Positions 35,001-46,975 of a DNA stretch of 64,000 nucleotides are shown here, piece after piece. Where the stretch lies: NCBI GenBank assembly GCA_010909165.1, contig MU008212.1, forward strand, positions 1 through 64,000, written 5' to 3'. Under the pieces are notes generated by a model, which saw only the letters and a list, made by a program, of their open reading frames with translations, searched no databases and was not told the origin of the DNA. Position 1 is the first letter of the stretch. Each line of letters opens with the position of its first letter. Both the position numbers and the translations under genes were made by a program. This DNA is from Anthoceros angustus. Taxonomy: Eukaryota > Plantae > Anthocerotophyta.

Positions 35001-38000
35001 GCAATGTTACGGCGACTGGAGCTCGGTGGCAGTTGCCACGGCTGCAAGCGGCGTGAGGACTTGAAGTTGTGTCGTCTTTGTTCTACACTCTCAACTTACA
35101 CTTTCTCGAAGTCGTTGGCGCACTCTTGGAGAAGAATCCGGCCGCTCCGGCAATCACGCCCGAGTCAAGGTGCAAATCATGCCCTCTTTACTTCTCGAGG
35201 CCGAGGAGGAAGGCGAGGCGGGCGGAGCTTCTCGTGAGAAGATCTTGAGACCGGCGTCATCACCTGAGGATTCAACAACTCCAGCCCGGCCTCATAAGAA
35301 GAGCAGGAAGGACCCATGCGCGGTGCCGCATTCCCGAGCACTCTGAGCACGTCACGGGAAAAGCGATCGGAGAACCCCGAGACTCACCGAGCAGGTCCAA
35401 CGTGACTACATCAATCAAGTCACCCACAAGCTCAATTCTAGCCGTTTGCTTGACGCGACCGATTGAACTGCGGATGGTTTTAGATTCGGTGACAACCCAC
35501 ATCTGCGGCGGTAGATATGTTCACATCCTACCATACGGTCAACCGACCACGTCCTCCTCGAAGATGACGGTTCCCTACCGATCGAAAACCTTTGGTGAGA
35601 ATCATGCGGTGTCTAATGGAGAAACTCTCACCATCAATGGTGCCCTCACGTTCACCGCAATGACGAAGAATTTACTATCGATCGCAAGCTAGCAACGGAG
35701 CACAATCTCATCATTACCTTCCAAGGCAACCATTGCTCCATCTATCATTCGGATGACAAGACTCAAGCGCTATAGCACATGGACTTCCTTCAACAACTGT
35801 ACCTACTCAATATTGATCGTCTTGACCTTGGCGTGGCCGCTCCTCATTAAACCTTGACACGGACTACGCATCGGCGGGGCATATCAATCCCGGTACCTCG
35901 GCACATTTTCCAACGAACATGTATAAGGATCCTGTCGACATTGTACCCAAGGACTTCTTCGAGATATGCAAGTACTCAAAGTTACATCAACTCCCATTCA
36001 ACGACCCTCACCTACTCGAGCCCGGCGTCTCACGGAGGTCGTACACTCGATATTTGCGGACCAATGAGCACCTCCGGTTTGGTGGCCACATCTACTTCTT
36101 GACATTCTTGGGCCAGTGGGCGATCGCCATATCTTTTCCTTAGGCACAGGGCGAAGCACTCACATGTTTCCAAGAATTTGTCCTAGCGAGAAAGGCAAGC
36201 GGTTTCAGTCGGCACACTCCTGACAACGGAGGAGAGTACACAAGTCGGCCTTCCATGACTTACGCAAATCCAAAGGATTCTCCGCCAACTCACGATTATC
36301 ACACACCGGCCCGAACCCATTTCTTGGCGATTGAATCGCTCCTTCTTGAGATGTCGGATCCATACTCAAGCTTTACGGGCTCACTCGAGGCTCTTGGGCG
36401 AGGCCGTAGCAACATCCAATTATCGAAGAATAGATTACCCACAAAGAGCTGCCCAACATCACACCCTTTGGCTGGGCGGGCACAAGCCCCGGATCTCCCA
36501 TATCGAGAATCTTGGCGGTCAACATTTGCTCACATCCGATGTTAGCGAGGCAAAGGGCGACAAGGCGGAAAACTCCTCTTTGCCGGGTATTGGATCGAGC
36601 CAAGGCATATCGCCTTTTGACCTTTCCACCCGTGAGGTAATACTCTCTAAGTGTCCACTTCCATGAATTCCTATTTGCTCAACTCCTATGTAGCCTCTCT
36701 GTCGTCCCCCTCCACTCCTAGCATGTCAGGTTTTCTCCACATGGATTCCCCTCTTTCTCTTGAGGGGGCCACACTCTACGACGACGACCAAGTCCAAGAG
36801 GAGAACCAGCAGCTCGTTTACCCTGCTCCAGTAGCCCAAGCACCACCACATGTTTCGCTGCCAGTCGGCCGGTACTACCTCCTCCATAACTACACCTGAT
36901 TCTAGATCAGCCACACCATCATGTGATAGATAACCAAGACTTAGACATGAACCATATCCCGATGGTCGAGGTACGTGCCAAAACCTTACCCCCTCCTCTA
37001 AGGCGTTCCACGTGCAATAGACCGCTAAGCCATCTATGGAAAAATCCACCCTCCGTCCCTAGAGATTCTTTTTCTCGTCAAGCAACCGTTCCACCTATAG
37101 AAGCACGTTCACGCTCAAGCCCCGGCTGACAACGCAGACCAGTCCGACTTGCTGCATCAAGCTCTTTCGGCAATTGAAATGCAAGATGTACCGCAAGCAT
37201 AGAAGAAGCCCTTAAATGCGAGTGGAAGGCATCATCCAATCTGAATCGACTCCTTAATTGCCGATAATACGGAAGCTCACCGACACACTGCTGGACACAA
37301 ACCAATCTCTTGTAAATGGACCTTGGAAGAAAACTCAACCCGATGGGGATTGTTTGAGGTACAAGTCATTTTGGTATGGCTTCACCCGGTACTAGGCTTT
37401 GATTATGAGGAGAGAGCGTATTCACCATGGTGAAGGCAACCTCAATCGAGGATCTTGCTAGCCTTCGCAGCCCATTATCACTGCACATCCACGGTAGATG
37501 TAAAAGCGACATTCTTGTATGGCACACTACATGAAGATATCTATATGCTTCAACCACGGCTTCATCAAGGGGCCGAGAAAAGTGTGCAAACTACTCAAGT
37601 CTATTACGGACTTAAGCAATTTGCACAAGTATGGAGCAAGCTGTGGACACATACGAAGAAGTGCGGTTTCATTCCCTCATCTCGACACGGCGTCTACATT
37701 AGAACAAAGGACAAGTTCGCAATGGTCACCTTATGCGTTGACGACAACTTCATTTTGGAGGCAGGTCCGAGATTATCCAGTTGTGAAAGACCTCTGTCAA
37801 AGGAGTATGACGTTGTAGACATGGGACCCCTACGGTATGCACTAGTGATTCGAACACAACAAGGAGGACCACTCTTTCTTCATCCATCAAGAACATTATG
37901 TAAATCAATTGCTCGAGAGATTCAACATGAAGGACGGGAAGCCGGTATCAACTCGATTGGCATCGGGATAGAAGGTATCTGCGACCAAAGCGCGACACTG

Positions 38001-39061
38001 AAGAATCAATGGAGATGTCGGCCATCCCGTAGCGAGGCGATGGCAGCCTACTTTACCTCTCAATCGGACAAGACCCGGCGTTGCACAAGCGTGAGCGTGG
38101 TATCCGGTTGTCGAACCGGGAAGGCTCACGGACTGCGTCAGCGCATCGCCGCTACCTAAAGAAGACCAAGTCCATTGGACTCATCTACGGTGACCGCTCT
38201 ACCAAGCTCACTCTAATCTCCTTCTCGGGCCTTGAGCGGGAGATCCGGATGCAGAAGATCTGACTGACCTCTTGACCATCAACGATTATGCAGTGTCATG
38301 GGCATGCAAGAAGATGCAAACAATGCATGCCTCATCAGCAGGCGGGTATGCGGCAACAACGTTGGCCAAGGAGATTACGTGGGTGAGGCAATTCTACGCG
38401 ATATAGGCGAGGACGGGATCGGCCCACCACGGCTATTACTGCGACAATCTATCGGCCATAGCCATGACACTCAACCTGTCTTTGCGCAGGACCAAGCACG
38501 TGGAGATCCGCACCACTTCATTCGGCAAGTGGTGGCCAACAAGCAAGTCGCCTTAAGCTACATCAACACGAATGACCGCCGATCTGGCGGCGAAGGCCTA
38601 CCAAGCCACTTCACGACAAGCATCACGAAGGCATCGGATGGTGATCAAAGAATCTTATCGAGCATCCCGCCGCTGCTGTGCGAAAGGGAACTCCTTAGCT
38701 CCGTCGGACGACTGCTCCACCGCGCAGCATCATACGCAACTTCAACCTTCCACCTCTGCACTGGAAGATCGAGGGCGAGGTTGAGACATGTATGGGAGAT
38801 CGCGCCATCACGGCAGGAATCCAGCGAGGGAGTGTTGGAGTAGAAACTTCTGGCGCCCGCAGTTGGGCTTTGCACCCAAGAGTTATTAGGGCGTTTCGTG
38901 CATAGGTAGATAAATGTTTTAGTTCTTTGAAGAAGCGATTACGGATTACGCTAGCACTCGGCAGTGCGGTTACAACCGCATCTCGGACACTATATGTATA
39001 CGGCATTCTCGCTTTTAGAGTTCAATCATCATAGCTCAATCTAGCATCTTGCTCCGCTTTA
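32030..39061 (+). mobile_element. Copia-2A LTR retrotransposon, decayed, with internal tandem duplications
   Basis: LTRs 32030-32261 and 38833-39061, perfect TSD GGTTG (32025-32029, 39062-39066), PBS TGGTATCAGAGC at 32262, PPT before the 3' LTR, and RT/RH remnants (DVKATFLYG, TLCVDD). Confidence 0.93.
32632..35565 (+). repeat. Nested tandem duplications in Copia-2A gag (3 x ~450 bp, then 2 x ~920 bp)
   Basis: CCGTTATCACCCCTCGACAGC recurs at ~32638, ~33095 and ~33544. 33710-34625 repeats at 34626-35565. Both are absent from Copia-2B. Confidence 0.85.
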
Positions 39062-39066
39062 GGTTG

Positions 39067-39420
39067 ATGGGTTTTCACAAATTGGCGGTGAAGCAAGTTG
39101 TAAGTTGGAATGCCATTCGACGATGGCGGTGACATTCACAAAGGACTCTAGACTAGAGTGTTTTCTAAAGCTCACGATCGGAAAAGCGAGCTAACATGCT
39201 TGAGCTTGTAAACCTTGCTCAAGCGTTACATCTAACCGTGAAATGATGGTAACACCTCATATGGCAAAAGCCTTATGGTAGGTGACGTGACATCAATGCC
39301 GGCTCTAATCCACCTTCACTGCATGTGCAACTTGGACTCTGAAGTTTAAATCAAGCCGGTGAGAAGGCGAATCACTTTCAAACTATCTATGCTTGAGGAA
39401 AGATTCTAGCCAAAGGTGTT
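39067..39420 (+). pseudogene. Possible decayed PLS-type PPR fragment split by Copia-2 (5' part ~31745-32029)
   Basis: Scattered PPR-like motifs in several frames: ALNLLDVYV, LSGFVTDHG, LHPDKV and VYEAKCFD before the insertion; KQVVSWNAI after it. Weak. Confidence 0.3.
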
Positions 39421-40754
39421 GCAAGCTTGTGACCACATACCTCGGAAATATGTAGTCTTGTTAACTTTGTTAGTTGTGATTGTGAGCAGCTCGATTTATA
39501 GGTTCACCAATTTTGATAATACCCTCCCGGGAACACCTCAATTTATCTCGGGCCTTTAGCGAGAACATTCTCTTGGTCCCAAATGTTTGGAGAAGAGCAG
39601 GAACATTTCTTTTTGTCCGAATATGCGCTCTTCATCAAAACAATAATTATTCATAAAACATAAAACCTTGACCCTAAGGGCTAACCACACCACCAACTTG
39701 ACTTCCTTTGGAGCTTCTACCCCATGAGGACTTGTTCTCGTCCCAAGAGGAAGGTGTAAGACTTACTACGGTAGTGTGTGGTCAAGTTACACTGTTAGGG
39801 TAGAATTCTCCAATGCGGGTCTCGTACATATCATACCATTAGCACCGCCCGGGAGGAACATCTGAATCAGTTGGTCTTTTGGAAAATCGAGATCATATCC
39901 TAATAGACTAGAGTATAACCTCGATTTTCCAAAGACCAGCAGATAACTATATAGTCGATATGAGCTGAATACCTACATATCATCTGGACATATTTTTTTG
40001 GCGGATGTAATAGTCCATTTTAATCCCATAAGTGTCATCCATCCGTCTTGGTAGACTAGAGATAATTTCTTCTTCTTCTTGGAAAAGAAGACTTTATCAT
40101 GAAAAAGATGGAAATTTCTTCTTCTTTTTCTACCACTAGGGTTGTAATCAAATAATGATATAGATATTATTATATATATTCTATTAATTATTTCACAGTA
40201 AAACTCGACGACCACTATTGGGTAGAAGTTTGCAATTCATAGTCCCAACTTGGGAGTATGGTGCATAACAATACGTGGTAGATACATATTTGACTACAAG
40301 CTCTTTGACTCGGTGGACAGATTGCGGGATGATTCGCTGCCAAAGGCGGACGAGAGTTCGCCGACATATCTGGATTTCATCACGGCGCGCTCATAGCAGA
40401 ACTGCCTCCGAATCCGGGCAGCTTGTATGCAGCTTGTATAGCTCCAGACTAAACTATAGGAAATCCAGCTACTTGCGCTCAGGTGCTTGGTTATCTGCTG
40501 GTGTTGGTGGGTGCTTCCTGTTCACGTTTTCCCAATCTCAGGCCTTTGGGCGGCTCTCTCAGGTGAGGTGGGGAATGAAGGCCTGATGAAATGGGGACTC
40601 TTGCATTCTTGTTTTCGGTGAAATTCGACTCATGTTTGGCTCTTGCAGTGGGGGTGAGCAGGAGCGCTCCATCTGAGGGTGTTTTCACCGAGGACGTGCA
40701 CTGGTTGGGATTCAGGGTTTTTCAGGGATCCTGGTTGTGTGGATTTGGAGGAAT

Positions 40755-42827
40755 ATGGAGGCCGAAAGGAATTCTTTGACTAGAAGATTAGGCGTGTTGC
40801 GGAGGCATCTGCGGGAGGATGCTGGAGGTCCGACAGGCTTGTGGAGGAGTGTGTGTCTCAGTACGCTCCTCCGAAGGTGTTTCAGGTATGTGCTGTTTAA
40901 TTACTCGAATTCGGTTCGGCTGGGGCTCTTGCCGGTGACGGATGGGAGTATGGATTTTCCTGTATGTGTGAATCTGAATCAACAACAGATCTGAACCTCG
41001 AGCTGAATGGAGAAAGAGGCTTGATTGGTGGTTGTTTGTTCTCTGATCTCTTTGCAGTGTTTGATATCTCGAAGATGAGGCAGTTGATGGACGGCCACAA
41101 TCTGGAGGAACGTGATCGTGTGTTTGAACTTATGGCTAGTAGTGAGCTCTTTCAGTTGAAAAGATAGCAGATACTGTATACGTTTTCCCGGACCACAATG
41201 AGCCCATGGAAGTGCAGAGGAGAAAACGTTGAAGAGAATCTTTTTAAGGGATAGAGGACTTTTCAGGAACTGGACGAGGGGTACTCAGAGGACAGCGCAC
41301 GCAGGCAGGCCCAGCATGAGTGCTTGTCCATCTACGACCATTCCCTTGCCATCAAGCTGGGAGTTCACTTTCACCTCTGGTATGCGATCCAAAGGGTCGT
41401 CTGTTGGGGCTTTCAAGGAGAAGATGTGTGTTCAGCTGTGCTGCTGGACGAGGTGTTTCAGAGGAGAATGGTGCAGGATGTTGCAGTTTTGCTAACAGTT
41501 TTGGGCATGTGCTGCGATGTAGGGGAGGAGCTGTTCAGTTTCTCGGTACCAAAAGGCACCATGACAAATGGCTGGAGCTCACTGAGAACTTTGGTGTCGT
41601 GGGATCCTTCTCAATGAGTGAGCTTGGGCACAGGAGTAATGTAAGTCTCGCTGTTGTTGCATGTCCCGATTTGATTTTGCTTGTACTTCCTATGTATTCT
41701 GACTCTGCAGCTGCACAGGTACGTGGGATCGAGACAGTTACAACCTATGACTCGTCAACACAAGAGTTTATAATCAACACTCCTTGTGAGTCCGCCCAGA
41801 AGTACTGGATTGGTGGTGCAGCTCTGGTAGGTACCGAGTCAGAAGCACATGGCTTTGTGAATGAAAGCAGTCTCTACTTGCGATTTATGATCTTGTGTGT
41901 CCGGATCCTGGTTTTAAGATCCCTTTCTGTCTCTGCACAGCACTCTACACACACAATCGTCTTTTCCCAGCTCGAAATTAATGGGAGGAACGAAGGTGTG
42001 CATGCATTCATTGCACAAATCAGGGACGGAAGTGGCAATGTGCTGCCCGGGGTCCGTATTGCCGACTGTGGACACAAGATTGGTCTCAACGGAGTAGACA
42101 ATGGGCGTGTCTGGTAACTTTCATCAGCATTCAAATTCATCCACCCTATGTTTTTGCTGTAGCAAGGAAGTGTAGTAATCTCTCATTCTGTTGGGCAGGT
42201 TTGACCGTAAGAGGGTTCCAAGGAGAATCTTCTGAACTCAGTGGCCGATGTAACGCCTGATGGACAGTACGTGAGTGCCATCAAGGATCCGGACCAGGTG
42301 AGACTAGAAGCTCATGATGGGTGACTAGAAAAAGTTTTCTGTGATAGCATTCCTTGGTTTTATATCTTATGTTCATAGGTGCCTTAGGTGGGGAAGTGGC
42401 ACTGACCATACTATCAATCTTTGGTTTCCAGAGGTTTGGTGCGTTTATGGCTCCCTTAACTTCTGGACGTGTTATCATTGCAGCAAATGCTATCCATGTG
42501 GCTAAGGTGTGCAAGTCTTCATCTATTTACATAGGACCTACGGTTTTTACCTGGCTCTGTTGTTTTGGTGCTGATCTCTGGATCTGGCTGTTCAGATTGG
42601 TGTAGTTACTGCCATTCGATATGGATTGACTCAGAGCATTTTCCTTGGCACCTAATGCTGATGAAACGCTGCTCCTGGACTATCCCAGCCATCAACGTCG
42701 CTTGCTGCCCTTGTTAGCCAAAACGTGAGACCAGTTTCGTTTTCGCCTTCGCTCTTTCTGTTGCTAGCAGCTCTTACCTCGATCCTCCTACTCGGTGCTT
42801 ACTGGCATGCACAGATACGTCATGGGC
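40755..42827 (+). pseudogene. ACX3: Acyl-CoA oxidase 3, 3'-truncated copy ending at the duplication junction
   Basis: Same 5' exons as the copy at 57864. It ends inside the exon TYVMG and reaches a stop about 15 codons into out-of-frame FAAL sequence. Confidence 0.85.
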
Positions 42828-42830
42828 ATA

Positions 42831-44708
42831 CGCATCCAGCTCTCGCCAGCGAACATCCCGACTGGAGGATAACTATGATCCGACATTCCCCGACCACCCC
42901 GTGATGAGCGGGTATCTATGCACCTGGGCCAACTTCATCGCCTTCGCAGACAAGCCCGCCTTCAAATGGGTGGACGCGAGCTGCAGGAGACGGACTCCAT
43001 CACCTACAGAGCTGAACTCTGCCGCATCCGCCATCGCATCACACCTTCTGCACCGGACTCCGCACCCTTCTTCAAAGGAGATCGAGTTCTGGTGATGTAC
43101 CCGTCGGGCCTGGACTTCATCAAGGTACAAGCAGTGGCAGAAAATGCTTCTCCTTATCGTGCCATGCCTGTTTCCCGAACTTGGAATTGACCCATAATGC
43201 GCGCAGATCCTGTTCGCCTGCAAACGGGCTGGCCTCACTATAATCGATCTCGCCCCGAATCCCGGCACATGCGGCCGCAGGGACGTGGAGCGGTTGGCTG
43301 CCGTCTGCAGGGAAACTTCCCCACGGGCAATCCTCGCCCCGGCCGAATACGCCGCGTCCATCAAGCGGAGGGCGGGGGGACTGGGTACAGCAGCGGCTTC
43401 AGCTACATCCGTTTTGGCAGCGCTGGAGTGGGTGGACGCGGTCCGGGAATCGTCATCCTCTCCTCCCCTTACCCTCCAACCAGTCTACTTCTCCTGCTCC
43501 CCGGACGACATCTTCCTGCTTCAGTACACCTCCGGTACCACCGGCAGGCCGAAGCCGACACTGATCTCTGCGGGCTCCGCAGCGCACAACGCTAGGGCAG
43601 CGCGCCGAGCCTACGACCTAGGCCCCGCCACCGTCATCGCGTCATGGCTCCCGCAGTTTCACGACTGCGGCCTCATGTTCACAATGCTGACGGTGGCGTC
43701 CGGGGCGACGGCCGTGCTTTCTTCCCCGACGGATTTCGCCGCCCGGCCCTGCCTGTGGCTGGAGATGGTCTCCGCCTTCAAGGCCTCCTGTACCGTGGTC
43801 CCGGGCTTCGCTCTCCCGCTCTGCGCGCGACGCCATGAGCAGGAGGCCGGCACCCCGCTCACCCTGGCCTCCCTCCGCCACCTCATCCTCATCAACGAGC
43901 CCCTCTTCGCGCAGGACGTGGCCGCCTTCCTCCGCGCCTTCTCCCCCCTGGGCCTCCAGAGCTCGGCCATCGCCCCGTCGTACGGCCTGGCGGAGAACTG
44001 CACCTTCGTGAGCACTGCCTGGCCGGGGCCCTCCTGCCCTGCACACCAGGGCCTGCTTCCAGTGGCCAGGATCCCTTCCTCCCCAGACATGGACATCCGG
44101 GTCGTGAATCCGGCAACAGAACGGGAATCAGCACCAGGCAGCGAAGGGAAATCTGGGTGAGCTCGCCGAGCAACGCATCCGGCTACGTCTCCGACCCGGA
44201 TCTCTCCGCCGCGCCTTCACGCCAGGCTCAGATTCTGCTCCTTGCCCCAGCCCGCCTCCTTCCTCCGCACCGGGGACCTGGGCAGGATCGTGGGCGGCTT
44301 CCTCTACGTCACCGGGCGGCTGCAGGACGTGATGCTGGTGGAGGCAGAACCCAGCATCCGCACGTCCTGGAGAGGAGCGTGTTCCAGAGTAGCCCGGCTT
44401 CCGCGCAGGCTGCTGCGTCGCCTTCTCCGTCTCCGCCTGCCTGGTGCTTGTGGCCGAGCTGGTGCACCAGGAGCACGCCACCGCACAGTGCTTGCCTGCC
44501 ATGGCCGCCTGGCCCAGCACGCTCTCAGTAAGAACCACGGCATCCACGACTGCACCATCGCCCTGGTGGCTGCCCGCTCCATCCCTAAAACAACTTCCGG
44601 GAAACTTCGCCGCTCGCTAACTCGCCACCTTTACCTCAACCACCACCTCCCAATCCTGCACTGCATATCCTTCTATCAGACTTTCTCAACCTCCGCTGCA
44701 GGTTGTAA
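42831..44708 (+). pseudogene. Fatty acyl-AMP ligase copy B, lacking the first ~27 codons and its promoter
   Basis: Near-identical to copy A from 23942 onward (ORF 43285-44160 carries YTSGTTGRPK and SYGLAEN). An internal ATG at 42904 lies downstream of the conserved NYDP motif. Confidence 0.8.
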
Positions 44709-46189
44709 ATTCCACGCACTTTCGTCTGGTCGTACAAATAACTGTGACATGGAAATCTGGTACCTATCGAATCTGGAGATAATTATTATTATCTAAGCTA
44801 CCAGGTATATATTCTTGGTACGTTTTGTAATTAAATAATCCTTGTTGCTCCAAGGGCTATTAGGGATTGATAGTTGATACAGAATCTTTAAAAAGCTTAC
44901 GTAGGACTTTTATCATGGAATCTTAATTGGTACCATCTTGGAAATGTCAAACAAGAATATGAACAACCCGAAAAACACAAATAACTTTCTTCACCACTTA
45001 ATGTAATCAAGAATGATAAAAATAACTATATATAACTTAAAACTAGTATTATAATACTGGGTAAAGTTTATAACCATAATCTTCAAGAACACTAGTATTT
45101 TATCATGAACTGTTGTAGCTTTGTTTGTATTTTATTACTTGTAACTATTCCCACTATAGATTCTCAATTTTATGATCTTGGGTGCAATCCAAAAATATTT
45201 AGCCCTATAGATCTGGCAAAGTTTTTAAAATTCATGTAGATCGATGTTGAATGATTTCGTAACCAAGCTTGAAGGATTGATACTGATTACGGATCCTCAA
45301 GAGTTGATCTCATTCATTACTTTGCACGATTTTAAAGGCAATATCAAATGTACTTATAACTTATTGGCATGTTTGTGGTGTGTTCGGATTGTGGGCAATT
45401 TGATGTTGGAAGAAAAATGTAGGGACCATGTTGGCGGATATTATGCGCATAGTGCATGTACATTTGAATATTTGTACATTCATCAACAAGACATTTGTCC
45501 AGCCATAGGAAATTGAATTTTATTATAAACATGAACCATGTTATTGTTTCATGTATATAATTTATTTATCTCAAAATTTTATTTTTTACATAAGATCAAA
45601 ATATATTTAAAGGATTTATGTTTTCTATGAAAAACAATGGTTTAGCTCCCAAAAAGCATCCAAGACGTGAATAAACCACTAAGGTTAGAAAGATGCAACA
45701 TTTGGGTAAGATGTATCAAGACATGAAATCTTCAACTCACAAATTTCATCTCTAAAATATCTCATGAGTGAGAAATAGGAGTTTTAATTAAATAAATAGA
45801 TGAATTTTAAGTAGATTATGACTTTGGTTAAGGGGTAGTCAACTGTAAGCCTAAATCTTAGACCTACCTAATTTAGCCCTCAAGCCCTCATGGTTAATGC
45901 TTGTGTATATCTTGTTTGGTACAAAGATTACCATAGATTAGAAAATATATGACTTTTATTGGTTTAGAATAAGGTATTTAAATATTCATTTAAAAGCTCA
46001 AAATATTTAGACTAGATCTTGTTGATTCTACAATGGTCACCCGGAGAGTTTTACCTAGATGACAATCTAAAGCTTCTTTCATATATGTTGATTTTTAATA
46101 ACTAAATAAGAAAAAATATAGAATGGTCGCGCTTATAACGAGCTACGTGTTAGTATAATAATTACATAAATTACTACAAGAATTCAAAG

Positions 46190-46975
46190 TGAAATGGCCA
46201 ATCAAAAATGGTTTGAGGTTTTGCTTGGGTCCATCTTCAATCAAGCATAATACAAAACCAAGGTAGCTAACTTTCTCCATGAGAAACTCACATTTTTCTT
46301 TTATAAACAAAACATTTCTTGATGTTCGCGAAAACATATTTCTTTTGATGTTCATAAAAACACATTTCTTTTGATGTTCCGTGAGTTAGAAGAAGGGCTA
46401 AGTGTGGTTTGTGCTCTTGTGCATCCTTAAAAAATCACATTTTGTTATGAAATGAGGTTTTGGCAAAAAATATTGTGATTTTTAAAATTTAAATCATTTG
46501 AATCCACATTTTGCTTCTTTTGAGGCTCCTCTTTCTCACGGTCCCGTCAAGTGCCTCTTTTCAGCATACTCCTCTTTCCTACCCTAGCCCGTCAAGTTAA
46601 CGTTCGGTGCAATTTTCTCCCGCAACATGGAATCTGAATTCTCCCATTTGAGCATCCATGAAATTCTCCGCCTCCGGGGCATTCATGGGATTATTTCCTT
46701 CCGAGCAACCACGATTCCATTCGTCAGGAAGAGTCTCTTCTCCATGAAGACCAGCCGGCGACTTCTTTGTTCTTAATTGAGCGGAGGACCATGATGACTC
46801 CCCACCTCCGGCTCCCTCTCCTCCTCTCGTCTCCCTCATTAATATCTACAAAGCGTTTATCCCCTTGCGGATACAACATAGAATCTTTCTCCTCCTTGGA
46901 CTTAGCCCCATAGCCCTGTACAAGTGAATGAGGAGAGGGTGAGAAAGAAGAGACTTCACCCTTGTCCAAGAACTT
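46190..46975 (-). mobile_element. Degraded Ty3/Gypsy remnant, copy B
   Basis: ORF 46143-46355 contains KCEFLMEKVSYLGFV; duplicate of 27290-28080. Confidence 0.6.

Larger units (their letters stand above)
23942..42827 (+). repeat. Segmental tandem duplication, copy A (~18.9 kb)
   Basis: Colinear with 42831-59942 from inside FAAL exon 1 to inside an ACX3 exon. The extra ~1.8 kb comes from duplications inside Copia-2A gag. Confidence 0.92.

Noticed and set aside
42821-42870. In-frame ACX3-FAAL fusion protein
   Set aside because: The junction as written is out of frame and stops after about 15 codons.
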